Of a stretch of 64,000 nt of DNA, positions 50,640-64,000 are shown one piece after another (positions within the stretch are counted from its first letter, which is position 1; each line of letters starts with the position of its first letter). The notes below the pieces were generated by a model that saw only the letters and a program-made list of their open reading frames with translations, was not told where the DNA came from and made no database searches. The stretch spans positions 33,046,001 to 33,110,000 of the forward strand of contig NC_043013.1 of the NCBI RefSeq assembly GCF_006345805.1, in the 5' to 3' direction. This DNA comes from Octopus sinensis (lineage: Eukaryota). The position numbers and the translations under genes were made by a program.

Positions 50640-51740
50640 CATGTAAATGTTTTTGAAATTTAATATAGACAAACGAGAGAAAATATTACAATTTTTATCA
50701 GCATAAGCTGCCGGTTTCAGTCGTTTTATAAGACGATTTAGTCATGCTGTCAGAATGGAAAATGTAAATAAAGTTTATCTTTCATAATATCAGTTCTAGA
50801 AATTTACATGATTTTCTTACAAAATTCACTTAGTACTGGTCGTTGGTTTCCTTGTGATGGCTATTGGTTCGTGGCACTAACAATTTAAGCGACAGTTGCT
50901 TTAAGCTGCGTAAGTTGCTCTCTTGCTGATGAGTTTTTGTGAAATCGCTGAATTAGTATAAGGGGAAGATCGTAAAATTTGACTGGTTCTTAGAAGCACA
51001 TGTGTCTATATGTTCACTGCAATCCTTTTGTCTTTATTCTCGTATCTTAATCTGTAATCAATGCAGAAAGTATGCATTATCTTGAGGACATCTCGGTTTA
51101 CCCGATGTAGTTCTCACCACATTCTGAGCATATAAATGAAGAGGTTAGATTTTCAGATCCACAACAGAACTTATTTTTTATTGTGAAGAAATGTTCTTCG
51201 TCAACAGGGGTTTCGGGTTCTTCTAATAGATTTAAACATATACCGCACTTGAATCCTCCTTATGTTTGTTTTTACAGTTGCTCCTGTCTTTCTTGTGAGA
51301 AGTTTGAACTGTGTTAGTATTTCTTAATTGATTTGGTTGTCTAGATGGAAATGTATGGTTGGAATTTCAGTTCTTATATATTTCTTTTGTTTCGTTCGTG
51401 TTAGTTACTGGATATTGAATTTCTTGTCTCGGTGTATTCCATTATCGATTAAGGATATAGGATAATTCTTGTCAAGATGTGAATCCTTTATTTCTTGATG
51501 TCATATGTGTCACGGATGTTTTCATCGGATACAATTATGCAGACTCTTTGTGACCAGGTTATAAGGGACATTTAGTCTGGCATGTCTCGAAGAGTGCGAA
51601 TTGAAAGACAGATATTGTTTTGAGCCCGTAGATTTATAGTAATTATCTGTCTCCTTGTCTCTATTACGATGTCTAAAAATGGGAGTCGGTCGTGAATTCT
51701 ATATTTTTGTTAATTGCATTCTGACGTGTTTTGAATTCCG
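50640..51740 (-). mobile_element. Penelope-like element relic (RT C-terminal part, GIY-YIG, pLTR)
   Basis: Frameshifted translation NIEFT..RLPFLDIVI (about 51708-51668), YYKSTGSKQYLSFNSH...NVPYNL and ICSECGENYIG*TE (51132-51092); degenerate HHR at 50750-50701. Confidence 0.85.
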
Positions 51741-52208
51741 ATTTCTCTACGCTTTTATTCGATAAAATGAATCAATCTTTGAGGTATCTTTTTTCGCAGT
51801 TTTCTTGTACATATTTAAAGAGTTTACAGATTTTTTGTGTAATGCTAAGTACAACGTAATCTCTAAATAACCAGATGTGTAAGAGAGGTAGCTGTGTTAC
51901 ACACACACGCACACACGCACGCACAAAGGCCCACACACAGACAGACACACACACACGCACACACACATTGCTCTTCTTGTTTCCGATTTAGTTTTTGCAC
52001 TGTAGTCATACTGATGTATCCGTTTGAAGGTTATAGTCTATTAAACGGATTCCATCATTTATTTTATCCTGGAACTTATTCTCTTCATGTCTTTTAACAG
52101 ATGTAGACATTCACGCATGTGCACGAGAATTTCAGCGTGATTCCTGGTAATATGCTAATTCTACCACTGGAAATCCCGCTTTAAAGAATAAAGAAACCAA
52201 GATATATT

Positions 52209-52422
52209 CTTTTCTACTCTAGACACAAGGCCCGAAATTTTTGAGGAGTGGGTCAGTCGATTAGATCGACCCCAGTACGCAACTGGTACTTAATTTATCG
52301 ATCCCGAAAGGATGTAAGGCAAAGTCGACCTCGGCGGATTTTCAGCTTAGAACGTAAGGACAGACGAAATAACGCTAAGCATTTCGCCCGGCGTGCTAAC
52401 GTTTCTGCCAGTTCGATACCTT
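52209..52422 (-). mobile_element. SINE S3 (variant tail) with 17-bp TSD
   Basis: AGAAACCAAGATATATT at 52192-52208 and 52423-52439. Confidence 0.95.
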
Positions 52423-52600
52423 AGAAACCAAGATATATTTATAAATCGATCGACAGTTTGGCAGGTGTTACACAGGTAGATAGATTGAAGTTATTTCGAA
52501 GCAAGATTATGAATGAAAACAGAATATTTCAAATAGGAGACACAATGTTGCCAGCTGAGTGAAATTTATTGTAAAATTAATGTTGTTGTTTGTTTCCTTT

Positions 52601-52886
52601 CGAGCCATACATGGCTCATAAGGACCGTTTTCCTAGTTTCATTGGCGTGTACGTTCCCCACCTGGACGGAACGCCGGTCCGTCGCGGGTGAGCTGCTAGA
52701 TGCAGAAGGAAAGATTAAAACAAATTTGTGGCGAAAGATTCAGCAGAATTTCGCCATTACCTTCTGCCGGAGCCACGTGGGGCTTAGGTGTTTCGTTTAT
52801 AAACATACACCGCCCGGTCGGAGATTCGAACCCGTGATCCCTCAACCGCGAGTCCGCTGCTCTAACTACTTGGTCATGGGCCTCTA
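52601..52886 (-). mobile_element. tRNA-SINE, H1-like head + tail T2
   Basis: Head accgcgagtccgctgctctaac; tail ggctcataaggaccgttttcctagtttc shared with 15034 and 62499. Confidence 0.8.
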
Positions 52887-52974
52887 CATCGATCAAATTT
52901 TCTACGAATTTTATTATCATGACAATGGTTATTGCGTGAAACATCTTATTCAAACACTGATAGAATGACAACCG

Positions 52975-53190
52975 AAACGTGCAGCCCCAGTTGGAGAAAT
53001 CGCTATCACGCCCGGCAAAATGCTTAGCGATATTTCGTCTCTCCTTACATTCTGATTCAAATTCCGCCGAGGTCGACTTTGGCGTTCATTCTTTCGCGGT
53101 CGACGAAATAAGTACCAGTCAAATACTGGGGTCGATGAAATCGACTTACCCCGTCCTCCGGTTTTAATAACCCTGCGGCAAAGTTTCAAA
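52975..53190 (+). mobile_element. SINE S3, diverged
   Basis: aaattccgccgaggtcgactttg...aagtaccag...ctggggtcgatg. Confidence 0.85.
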
Positions 53191-53269
53191 CCATTATTAT
53201 GAGTGACAAATCGGTCGACGGATTAATAAATGTGTCTTGGGAATAATTTGGATGGTATATTCTCTCTTT

Positions 53270-53677
53270 CTCTCTCTTTTCTCTTTTACTTGTTTCAGTC
53301 ATTTGACTGCGGCAATGCTGGAGCACTGCCTTTAATCGAGCAACTCAACCCCGAGACTCATTCTTTGTAAGCCCAGTACTTATTCTATCGGTCTCTTTTT
53401 TGCCGAACCGCTAAGTGACAGGGACGTAAACACACCAGCATCGGTTGTCAAGCGATGCTAGGGGGACAAACACAGACACACAAACACACACATATATATA
53501 TATACATATATACGACAGGCTTCTTTCAGTTTCCGTCTGCCAAATCCACTCACAAGGCATTGGTCGGCCCGGGGCTATAGCAGAAGACACTTGCCCAAGA
53601 TGCCGCGCAGTGGGACTGAACCCGGAACCATGTGGTTGGTTAGCAAGCTACTTACCACACAGCCACTCCTGCGCCTA
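53270..53677 (-). mobile_element. SINE S2, full length
   Basis: Complete from the (CTCTTTT) tail to the head cagccactcctgcgcct. Confidence 0.95.
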
Positions 53678-54099
53678 TATCTGGCTTGTAGAACTTTTGG
53701 CTGGAGTGATCTGCATCTGACGTTCAACGGAGTAAGAACGGTGATATCAACAGTCTTACGTGAATGCAAATTATATTGTAATCAAGGAACAGGGTAAGTG
53801 GAATGTGTTACTAAATTCATCTCACGATCACTCATAAGTTCCTGAATTATGTAAAAAAAAACTAAAAAAAAAATGCGATAATACTTGTTTAATTCACTTC
53901 GCAAATGCGTTCCATAAGCCAAGAGTAAAACTTTGGGCGAGTAGGTTATTGTATCATTAGATACGTAGAGGAGTTTATTACGTATATTTGAATCTAAACA
54001 GAGACACATACACACCTATTTATACACATAGTCAACGCATATTCACAAAATATTTTCATACATATGAAGTACATACACTTTCGCATATAAATATACTCC

Positions 54100-54104
54100 C
54101 AACT

Positions 54105-54180
<76 letters not shown>

Positions 54181-54226
54181 CTTATCCCTTCTACTATATC
54201 TATCTATGCCTTTTTGTATGTCTGTA

Positions 54227-54320
<94 letters not shown>

Positions 54321-54363
54321 CCTAATTATTCCTTTTTACTATATCTATCTATGCCTTTTTGTA

Positions 54364-54435
<72 letters not shown>

Positions 54436-54440
54436 ACCTT
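54100..54440. repeat. (TATC)n with a duplicated ~50-bp spacer (higher-order repeat)
   Basis: The spacer ...tactatatctatctatgcctttttgtat occurs at about 54180-54228 and 54320-54365. Confidence 0.85.
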
Positions 54441-54963
54441 CTGTCTGTTAGCATATCAATCTACTTATCTATCTTCCCGTTCGCCCATCTGTCTGCCTAT
54501 ATATCAATAATGCATATATGAATGTATGTGTTATATATGTTTGGCGGATGGATACATTTAGAGATCATTGCAAAGTGAAAAATATGTACTAGGGAATTTA
54601 GATAGAAGGGAACTAATGCTCTTGCGTATCATTGTAAATATTTTTATGTAAATGTGTTTTTAATATGGATATTGCATTATCCATTTCTTATCTGACATTT
54701 GTGCTTTCAACACAAGGTGATCAGCTATGTGGACATTTACCGCAAAGGGCGTCCATACATAATACAACAGCATCAAACATCCCATATTCCCGTGTGTGTG
54801 TGTGAGTATGTATGTATGCGTGTATATACATTTATATGTGCGTATGTACGGGTATGTATATACATATATATATATATGTCTATATACACACAAATACATA
54901 TATATATGTATACAAAAATACACATGCAACTATGTATGCAATATGTATATATATATATATAAC

Positions 54964-55026
<63 letters not shown>

Positions 55027-55719
55027 TGTATGTATGCATGCATGTATGTATTTATGTTGATGTATATATATATGTGTGTGGTGTACAAACATTCATGCGT
55101 ATATACGTACGGGCATCTGTATCCCCAATATATATTTTCTGCGAAAATCACTCACTTACCTATTGCCCCTTTACAAACCCATATCTTCATCTTTTCAACA
55201 TATTTCCATCCCTAAGTCGCTTTCACCCTATCTATGTATTCATCACTATTGCTCTCTCGTTTCTTGTCCTGCACTCTCTCATCCTCTCACTTGCTCAGCA
55301 GCTCCCTTCCGTCCCCAGTCTCTCTTCATGTTTGAGATTTTTACGTCAAGCGTTGAATGGTATCAATTTTCATGGGGTTAAAGTTTAAAAACTAAATTTT
55401 GCATACACAATCCTAAGTTCATTCGTACAAATATATCGAATCAAATGTACACAAACCTACATAATTATATACATACATTATATACACATATACACAGGAA
55501 ATGTGAGTGCACGTACACACATAAGTACACACACATTGCAATATAAGTTTGTATGTATACATATACATATGTATGTATATCTATATCTATATATCTCTCT
55601 CTCTATATATTTATATATATAAATATATATATAAAGATGAATATATAGCGATCCATAAAATACATAATAATATATCTATATATATGTATATATGTTTATA
55701 TATACATATATATAATATG

Positions 55720-55763
<44 letters not shown>

Positions 55764-55778
55764 ATACATGTATATATA

Positions 55779-55816
<38 letters not shown>

Positions 55817-56125
55817 TGTACAAATGTATGTGTGTATATGCTCCACGTACGGTGAACTATATAACTTCGATACGATCAAATATGATTAAATCACGCTGTC
55901 CAATTACTAAGATATGAGTTGTTGTAGTTTCAACGGATTGTTGGCTAGAAAACATTGTCATACATAAAAAGGTCAAAGCAAAATTCAATCTTACTTTTCT
56001 TCTCTATAGCTTTGTTAGGCTTTTTGTTTATGAATAAATACATGTACACACACAAATCTATGAATCTATATACATATATACATATATATACATACACATG
56101 TGTATATATATATATATATATATAT

Positions 56126-56164
<39 letters not shown>

Positions 56165-56257
56165 TGCACACATACATACACGTACATGTAGATATATATA
56201 AATGAATTCATATTAATCAATACTCATACACGCCTCGCTTTCCCTGTCATATATTAG

Positions 56258-56305
<48 letters not shown>

Positions 56306-56513
56306 TATACGTATATAAATTTATATATACATATATACATATATGAGTATACACGGAGTTGCTAATGGACATACACACATAGAATATATATATATATATA
56401 TATATTTACATATATATATTTTCTTACATATAAAATGAATATAAATGTATGTAGCTGCAGACGTTCATATATACACATCTATATGCATATATATATACAT
56501 ATATTATCATAAG

Positions 56514-56544
<31 letters not shown>

Positions 56545-56733
56545 CATATATATATATACATATATATATGTAGTAATATATATATATATATGTATATATT
56601 ATATATATATATATATATACATATATAGGCATGTATCTAAATGCACAGTTTTAACGCATAAGGTCAGAAAATGCGAACTGCCTTTGCCTTTTACCTCGAA
56701 GATGTTAAGTTAACGGCCAGTATAATAAAGTAA

Positions 56734-56788
<55 letters not shown>

Positions 56789-56863
56789 ACATATATGTGT
56801 TTGTATATATATAATTATATTGTATGCACATTTACATATATCTATATATGGATCTTGTATCTG

Positions 56864-56899
<36 letters not shown>

Positions 56900-58177
56900 A
56901 ACATGTATGTATATATGTATTTATCCACATACACACTTACGTACTTTTGTGTGTATACTTCTGAAAACACAAATGAAAAATTTGGAAATAGGAATAATAT
57001 ATCAACAAAAGTAACAAGTAATAATGCTAACAAATATGTATATACGCATGTATGTATGTACGTATGTATGTACGTATGTATATATTTGCCTAAGTGTATA
57101 TATGCAAGTATGTACTTGTATATGTAGGTGTTGTTTATCAATGTATATATGTATGAACGCATATTTGCACGTTTGTATATGTGTTTATGCAAAATACAAC
57201 AATGGCAAAAAATAAAGAATACAAGAAAAATTGTTTGACTTTGCTTTCCAATGGACAGAATCAAGTGATGTTATGAACTAGTCTAAAATTAATGGTGTCC
57301 CTTTCATGTGGATCGTTGACTGATGTGACGTAAGTATAGAATAGCGCTGTGACATATTTAGCGTGCAAGAAAGATGTCGGAATTTACTACAGAAAACAGC
57401 AGAACTTGTTAACAAAACTTCTGAAATTTCTATTGAAGGCTCTGTGTATGAGGATGACCTCTCCGTATGAGTAGGAGAGAATGAACGTATTGTAAATGAG
57501 CAAAATAAAACAAGGTAATAGAGAGACGAAGAAGAAGAAAAAAACGTAAAGTACTAACAACGACCTTAGATAGCCGGAAGTGAACACGTATACTCACATA
57601 TCTATAGAATTGTGAAGGGAGAAGATAATAAATGAAAAAGAACAAACAAACAAAACAAAACGAAAACAAAAACAAATGCAATAACAAAATGAATTTAAGG
57701 AATATATATATATATAAGTAAATGAATATATAAATAAATGTATATTACAATTATCTCCATTTTAGAGAGGGATGTCAACATTGAAAATAATATAACGAAC
57801 GATTTGCTACAGGGACAATACAGTGAAATTAAGTTAGTGATGATGATGATGGTAATGATGATGATGATGATGATGATGTTGATGATGATGATGATGATGA
57901 TGATGATGACGATGATAATGATGAATTTAGATAAAAAGGGGGTAGGTGATGATGATGTTAAAGACGGCAATTTTGAAGATGATTACACAAACACACACAC
58001 GTAGATTCACACACAAACACACACAAAACGCACACACGCATACACGCACACACGCACACACAAACACAGTCACGCATCCCTCCCACATGTGCGAACACCA
58101 CCACACACACCCAGACACTTATTTATTCATGCTCATGATATGCATAGTGATGGTATGTGAGAAGTGTGATATGTAAA

Positions 58178-58470
58178 CGTGGCTGCGTGGTAGGAAATTT
58201 GCTCCCCAGCCAAATGGTTTCGAGTTCACTTCCACAAGTTTCTTCTACCATAGCCACGCGCCTACCAATGCCTTGTGAGTGGATTAGGTAAACGGAAAAT
58301 GAAGCAAGACCGTGGTTTTTATATATATATATAACTTAGCGGTTCGATAAAAGTTGCCGATAGAATAAGTTCTAGGCTTGCAAAGAATAAGCCCTGGGGT
58401 CGATTTGTTCAACTGAAGGCGGTACTCTAGCATAGCCGTACTCAAATAACTGAAACAAGCAAAAGGAAAA
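58178..58470 (+). mobile_element. SINE S2 with internal deletion
   Basis: gtggctgcgtggtagg...tgtgagtggattagg...ttagcggttcg...ctggggtcgatttgttc...ggcggtactctagcat. Confidence 0.85.
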
Positions 58471-58773
58471 TATATGTATGTGTGTATGTGTGTGTGTTCG
58501 TGTTTCTTCCATACCACCGCTTTAATAACCAGTGGTGGAGTCTTTAGGTTCAAGTAACGTAGCGGTTCGAGTAAAAAGCACTTCAAGACGGTGCCCCTCC
58601 ATGACCACAGCCCAATGAATGTAAGTAGTAAAAAATAATATATATACACATGCCATACACTTTAGAAACTCGTTTTCATACTTATAAATAAGTAAATATA
58701 TGTAAAATGTATGTTTATATTTTTATTTGTGTGTGAGATATATCTTATATCGACAAACTCAGATCAACACGTA

Positions 58774-59600
58774 CACGGGTTTGGTCAAAATAATGGAAGC
58801 AACTTGAGGAATTGAAATTTTATTATCTAAGCCGGCATTAGACCACCTTTGGCACTAGGGCAGCTTCACTACGTTGCAGAACTGAATGGCTGTTAGGGGG
58901 ATTTTGAGCCATTCTTCAAGTACAACAGGCTTTAACTCTCTCAGCAACGATGGTGGAAGTAAACTGCTTCCCATTTGCGGTTTCAAAATGCACCATAAAT
59001 GTTCAGTTATAGTGACATCCTGGGACCAGTTTAAATATACTAATTCACTTTTGTGCTTTCTGTTCCAAACTTTTCTTTATTAACAGATCCGTGTGTATCT
59101 GCGCATTGTAGATCCTGCAATGAAGGATCAACGTTTTCACCGTTGTATATACAAGATGGACCAAAATACTCAGATGATCCTAGCTGGAAACGCGGCCATA
59201 CATAAACACTTATGTACCCAGAGAATTCCGTGATATTAATTTCCAATTATCACAGACCCACCACTCACAATAGGGAACCAAGCATTCAAGATTAATGGCT
59301 TTTTAGGCTGTCTCCAGACATAAACTCACCCCGTCAAAGGGGCGAATAAAGATTCATCAGAACAGTTGACATTGTTCTACTTTACTATAGATCACAATGG
59401 AACCAAGGTGTTGGTTTAGCCTCCCGTCACTTTCCTTGCCGTAGTTTCAAGTTTTTTTTTTAGATGCAATGCATTTTACTATTCTGCAGGCCCTGCTTGT
59501 AAACATTGATCCCTCTCAAATTAACTCAAACTTTGACTGCCGCCAATTACAGCATCCTTCGTGTGACTTGATGTCCTCAGTTTTGAAAACAGTAATCCCT
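58774..59600 (-). mobile_element. Tc1 transposon relic
   Basis: Frameshifted transposase motifs in order: SDES (59365-59351), VYVWRQP, GGSVI, YNAQIHT (DNAPIHT-like), TEHLWCIL (59004-58993), EEWLKIP, AKGG. A TIR-like TA|CACGGGTTTGGTCAAAATAATGGAA begins at 58772. Confidence 0.85.
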
Positions 59601-59723
59601 CACAAGCTGTTTTAGATTTACATGAGAAAGCATCTCGCGATAAGCATAAGTAGCCATAAGATCATGAACACAAAACTCCGAGTACCTCTAGTGCACATTC
59701 AATTATATACAGGTCATATTTTC

Positions 59724-59808
<85 letters not shown>

Positions 59809-59864
59809 GCTAGCTAGCTAGAGCTAGCTAGCTACTAGTAGCTAACTATCTGTATATACAATAC

Positions 59865-59943
<79 letters not shown>

Positions 59944-60462
59944 TATACATGATTATAAGCGGATACATACACACTCATATATAGATGTATATTCATATGC
60001 ATGCGAATATGTACATATATATGAATATACATGCATACTCATATCCATATCCGCACACCCACACACCCACACACCCACCACACACATATGTATATGAGTG
60101 CGTGTGAGTGTGAGTGTGTGTGTGTTTAACGTTTGCTTGTGCGTGTTTGCTATTTCTCATATTCCGTGTATGACGGCGCACGAGGAGTTTTATATTTAAG
60201 ACCTGACAGAGTGTCAGTCGTATCTGGGTTTCAGTTCCATTAGTACTGTTTGTCGTGTCTTATTATTTTCTACGTGAGATGTCAATGTGTTTATAGAGAG
60301 ATGTTGTTATCTCTGGTATTGTTGATGAACCAGTGGCAAAATAATATAATGAATTTCCCCCTCCTCCTCACAACAATATGCATGTGTGTGTGTGTGAATG
60401 TGTACGTGTATGCGTTTATAAGCATATATATGTACATACATATTATATATGTATATGCATGG

Positions 60463-60514
<52 letters not shown>

Positions 60515-60531
60515 ATATATATGTATATTTA

Positions 60532-60573
<42 letters not shown>

Positions 60574-60737
60574 CACACACACACTCACACACACATATGA
60601 AAGAGCCACTGTGAGACTGTTTGTTTAAAAGAGGTGATAGTACGTTCAAAGTGAGTAAGGGGGTGTGTATTCCATTTGTTTGTTCGTTACTGTCTAATTT
60701 GAATACACGATAAAGAAAGGAAATGAGAGAGAGAAAG

Positions 60738-60784
<47 letters not shown>

Positions 60785-61357
60785 TGTGGAGAAACGAATG
60801 ATAAAACAGAAGCAAAAATAACCAAATAAAATGGCTGACATAATAGAGAATGAGCAATAAGTAATACTTGTTTCTCGCTCCTCATTTTCTTTGCTCGAAA
60901 AATCTGACGAACATAACCAACTGTGAATGATGCAGACAAGACCTATCACGAAAGCTGGTGACATTTGCATCATCGGCTCTTATTTCACCTGAGCCTGCGA
61001 TTAGAATACTTGATACGGATTAAGAAAACGAGAAGGAAATGTAGCTGCATAAACTTCATTAAAACTCTTTTGAATAACTATTTTAGACTTCAGTCAAAGA
61101 GATATCTGCAGCTGCCGAAAATAAAAGGTGGAAATATATTTATTTCTCTCTTTTGTACAGTTTTTGTTATAGTTATTTCTTTTGTCCGTTTGTTGTATTT
61201 ATTGCCTTTTATCTTTTTAACCATGGAGTACACATCTGCACACACATCCCATATACAAACACTAATATATTTACAAAGTAATCTCCCACATGCATGTATA
61301 CATAGATGCCTGTATGTATGTATATATGTATGCATGTATATATATTATATATATATA

Positions 61358-61428
<71 letters not shown>

Positions 61429-61733
61429 TGTGTGAATGCATATGTACATATGTATATATATAAATAAATATACACGTATACGCGTGCATATATCTAAAAT
61501 ACATAAACATATATAAATACATTCCCATACATATATATATATATGTGTGCGTGTGTGTGTGTATATATATATATATTATATATATATATATATGTACATG
61601 TGTGTATATGCATTTATATATACGTACATGCATGCGTGTGTGCGTGTGTATATATATATGTGTGTGTGTATGTATTTATATATATATATATGTGTGTTCA
61701 TATTTATATATGAGGGTATGGATGATACATACA

Positions 61734-61777
<44 letters not shown>

Positions 61778-61802
61778 GCGGTACCCCACAACTCCACTTT
61801 GT

Positions 61803-61836
<34 letters not shown>

Positions 61837-62498
61837 CATATTCATATACATATACATATACATATACATACATTCATTTACAAAAATGTATATACATACA
61901 TATATAGTCACTCATGCATAGATGTACACATACATACTGACACACACAAATACTTTCAGATATACGTATATAAATACACGCACACCAGTCCAACACGCGC
62001 GCGCACATTCATGTTCGGTTACACTTGTGAAGAGACTGTCAGAGCAATTGATTAACTACTCTTAAATTTTCGACTCTGCTGTTTCGTTCAAATTATTCAG
62101 TATGCTTATATTTATATATCTTTATAAAAACCAAACCACTTATAGCGTACTAATCTTACGTTTTACATCGTCATGATAATAATATTTCTAGAAATAAATC
62201 TGTTAAGGAGCAAAAGGAATGATACTTTCATCTGTAATCTTTATAACTTATTCTATCTTGTTTTAGATGTGCTTAGATTAGTTTGGATTGGATTGGATTA
62301 CTTAGTTTGAGCCCACGGCAGGACGAAGGACTCAGCATGTTCTCTCCACCAACCGCAGTCTGATGTAGAGGTCGGGAATTTGAGCTCGTGATCATAGTGG
62401 TTTGATGAGCCGACTCTTCCAACTGGCTCAACATGGCATGGCAGAAAGATGCAATGATTTTAAACTTATGCTTATTTATTTATTTATGCACTCTTTTC

Positions 62499-62775
62499 AA
62501 GCTTAGCCAGGCTCATGGGCCCGGGTTCCCGGTTTCTATGGTGTATGTGTCCCCCCCCCCAGCAAGACGGGACACCAGTCCATCGCAGCGGTACTCAAGA
62601 AACAGGAAGAAAGAGTGAGAGAAAGTTGGAGCGAAAGAGTACAACAGGGGTCGCCACCATCCCGTGCCGGAGCCTCGTGGAGCTTTAGGTGTTTTCGCTC
62701 AATAAACACATACAACGCACGGTCTGGGAATCGAAACCGCGATCCTCCGATCACTAACCGGGGCATTGCACCTCC
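62499..62775 (-). mobile_element. tRNA-SINE, head H1 + tail T2
   Basis: H1 body gagcctcgtggagctttaggtgttttcgctcaataaacac is joined to cagtccatcgcag...ccgggttcccggtttctatgg...ggctcatgggcc. Confidence 0.85.
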
Positions 62776-62789
62776 ATACTTATGCTTAG

Positions 62790-62955
62790 GAATAGTTAAG
62801 TCAGTTACATCGAACCCAGTGCTCAACTAGTTCATCCGAATAGATGACAGGCAAGTCTACCTCGGTTGAATTTGAACTCAGAATGTAAGGACGGACGGAA
62901 CGTCGCTATGCATTTCACCTGACGTGCTAATGATTCTGCCAGATCATCGCCTTGT
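62790..62955 (-). mobile_element. SINE S3, diverged
   Basis: ctcggttgaatttgaactcagaatgtaagg...gtgctaatgattctgccag. Confidence 0.8.
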
Positions 62956-63370
62956 TTTACTTAAATAATTTCTTATATTTGGTTTAACTTGACGCAAACA
63001 TGGCTGGCCGTTCCTGTTAACACTCGTCAAACCTATCCACGCGTAACTATGTTATGAAAGTTGGTTTTAAGATCAACCTGATCGGGTGAACTCGGTTGAT
63101 TGCTTGGGGAACAGCAATCCATGTTGATGTCATTAAAAAGGAAGACAAATACAGTTCTACGATTGAAACGGTCAAGAATAATGAATACGATTTTTCACTT
63201 GATTTTATGCAGCGTAGAGGTGTTTTTCAAGTTCCAATGGTGTTAGCTAACGTAGTGGCTCTACCTTTGGACATGTGCCGGAAAGAGGTCGCCTTCCCAT
63301 AACCCGACGTAATTCTTCTTTTTGGTTAGGATGTAGCGTTTCTTTACGTCTGCTTCATATACTATGGAAT

Positions 63371-63467
63371 TTACATTATTTACATTATTTACATTTGACA
63401 GATTTTTGTCCTCATCTTGTTTGTTGTTAACACAAAGTTTCAGCTGATATATCCTCCAGGAGCCTTC

Positions 63468-63468
<1 letters not shown>
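63371..63468 (-). mobile_element. Family A tail, HHR core deleted
   Basis: ttacattatttacattatttacatttgacag...ttgttaacacaaagtttcagctgatatatcctccag, followed by (ATT)n. Confidence 0.8.
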
Positions 63469-63513
<45 letters not shown>

Positions 63514-64000
63514 GCGTGAGAGAGCAGTGCATGCCATTAAAATGACACTAGGGTAAAATATACGAAGCCCAGTATACCCATCATGACTACCCATCTGATA
63601 AGGGTACACCAGGCACATGCATCACAACCATGTGTGCGCGACATGGTGATCTCATATCAAGATAAACAGCACATGACCTTGCAGGTGGGGCCCAGTTAGA
63701 ATTTTCTTCTGGTCGAGTAACCCATTCCGCTCAAAAGGTCCCTGAATAAGGGTTGTTTAAGGATGTTACACAAAGCACCAATGTTTCCAGAGGTGAATTA
63801 TCCAAACCCCAAAGAATCCCTCTCAACACATGACTATGATGCTCCCCCACTACTTCTGCTAGTGATCAGAGATGCACATATCGTCAGCCACGAAGGGACA
63901 TGCTCAACTGGTTAAGGTCAAGCAACTGAGAAGCAAATCAGTGGTGTTGAGCAGAATATTTCCTATACCCCATCTTTTATACCAAGACAAAACAATGTAC
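63514..64000. mobile_element. Repeat X, second long copy (runs off the window)
   Basis: Colinear with 29499-29985; preceded by (ATT)15. Confidence 0.85.

Noticed and set aside
50926-50950. CTGATGAGtttttgtGAAA motif
   Set aside because: No stem II or stem I pairing, and it is on the strand opposite to the PLE.
57350-57470. Open frame VQERCRNLLQKTAELVNK...SVYEDDLSV
   Set aside because: It is short and flanked by stops, with no recognisable family. The YEDD resemblance to the RT YADD motif is unsupported by other motifs.
59087-59205. Cys-containing terminal exon of a host gene (DPCVSAHCRSC...)
   Set aside because: It lies wholly within a Tc1 transposase relic on the opposite strand. Kept only as a low-priority exonisation check.
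63096-63302. 68-aa ORF MIAWGTAIHVDVIKK...
   Set aside because: Weak splice signals, no recognised domain, and a length expected by chance.

Overview
This is AT-rich eukaryotic non-coding DNA saturated with (TA)n, (TATG)n, (TATC)n and (AAT)n microsatellites, with a 100-N assembly gap at 20016-20115. The repeat content looks like an Octopus (coleoid cephalopod) genome; this is my inference from pattern recognition, not a database result. I cannot support any intact host protein-coding gene, rRNA or functional tRNA, and almost all ORFs in the supplied track are microsatellite translations. What I can support is a dense mobile-element record. (1) About 30 tRNA-derived SINE copies. The labels are mine: S2 = head + CORE-like domain + internal microsatellite + tail T4; S3 = GGCGGCGAGCTGGCAG-headed family; plus a modular set in which heads H1/H2 are joined to tails T1-T4. 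(2) Three distinct restriction-like-endonuclease (R4/Dong-type) LINE 3' ends. (3) Tx1/L1, RTE-derived and I/Jockey-like relics. (4) Two Penelope-like (PLE) relics. (5) A Tc1 relic, a mariner MITE, two hAT MITEs and two Helitron-type elements. The most interesting signal is a set of minimal type-I hammerhead ribozyme (HHR) motifs from several families. One sits in a young 566-bp tandem unit with a 5' inversion (32568-33559). Another is the tail of a tRNA-headed, (AAT)n-linked SINE-like element whose linker has been invaded by TAA-associated retroelements (28248-30636, echoed at 63371-64000). All folds and alignments were done by eye and need computational confirmation.
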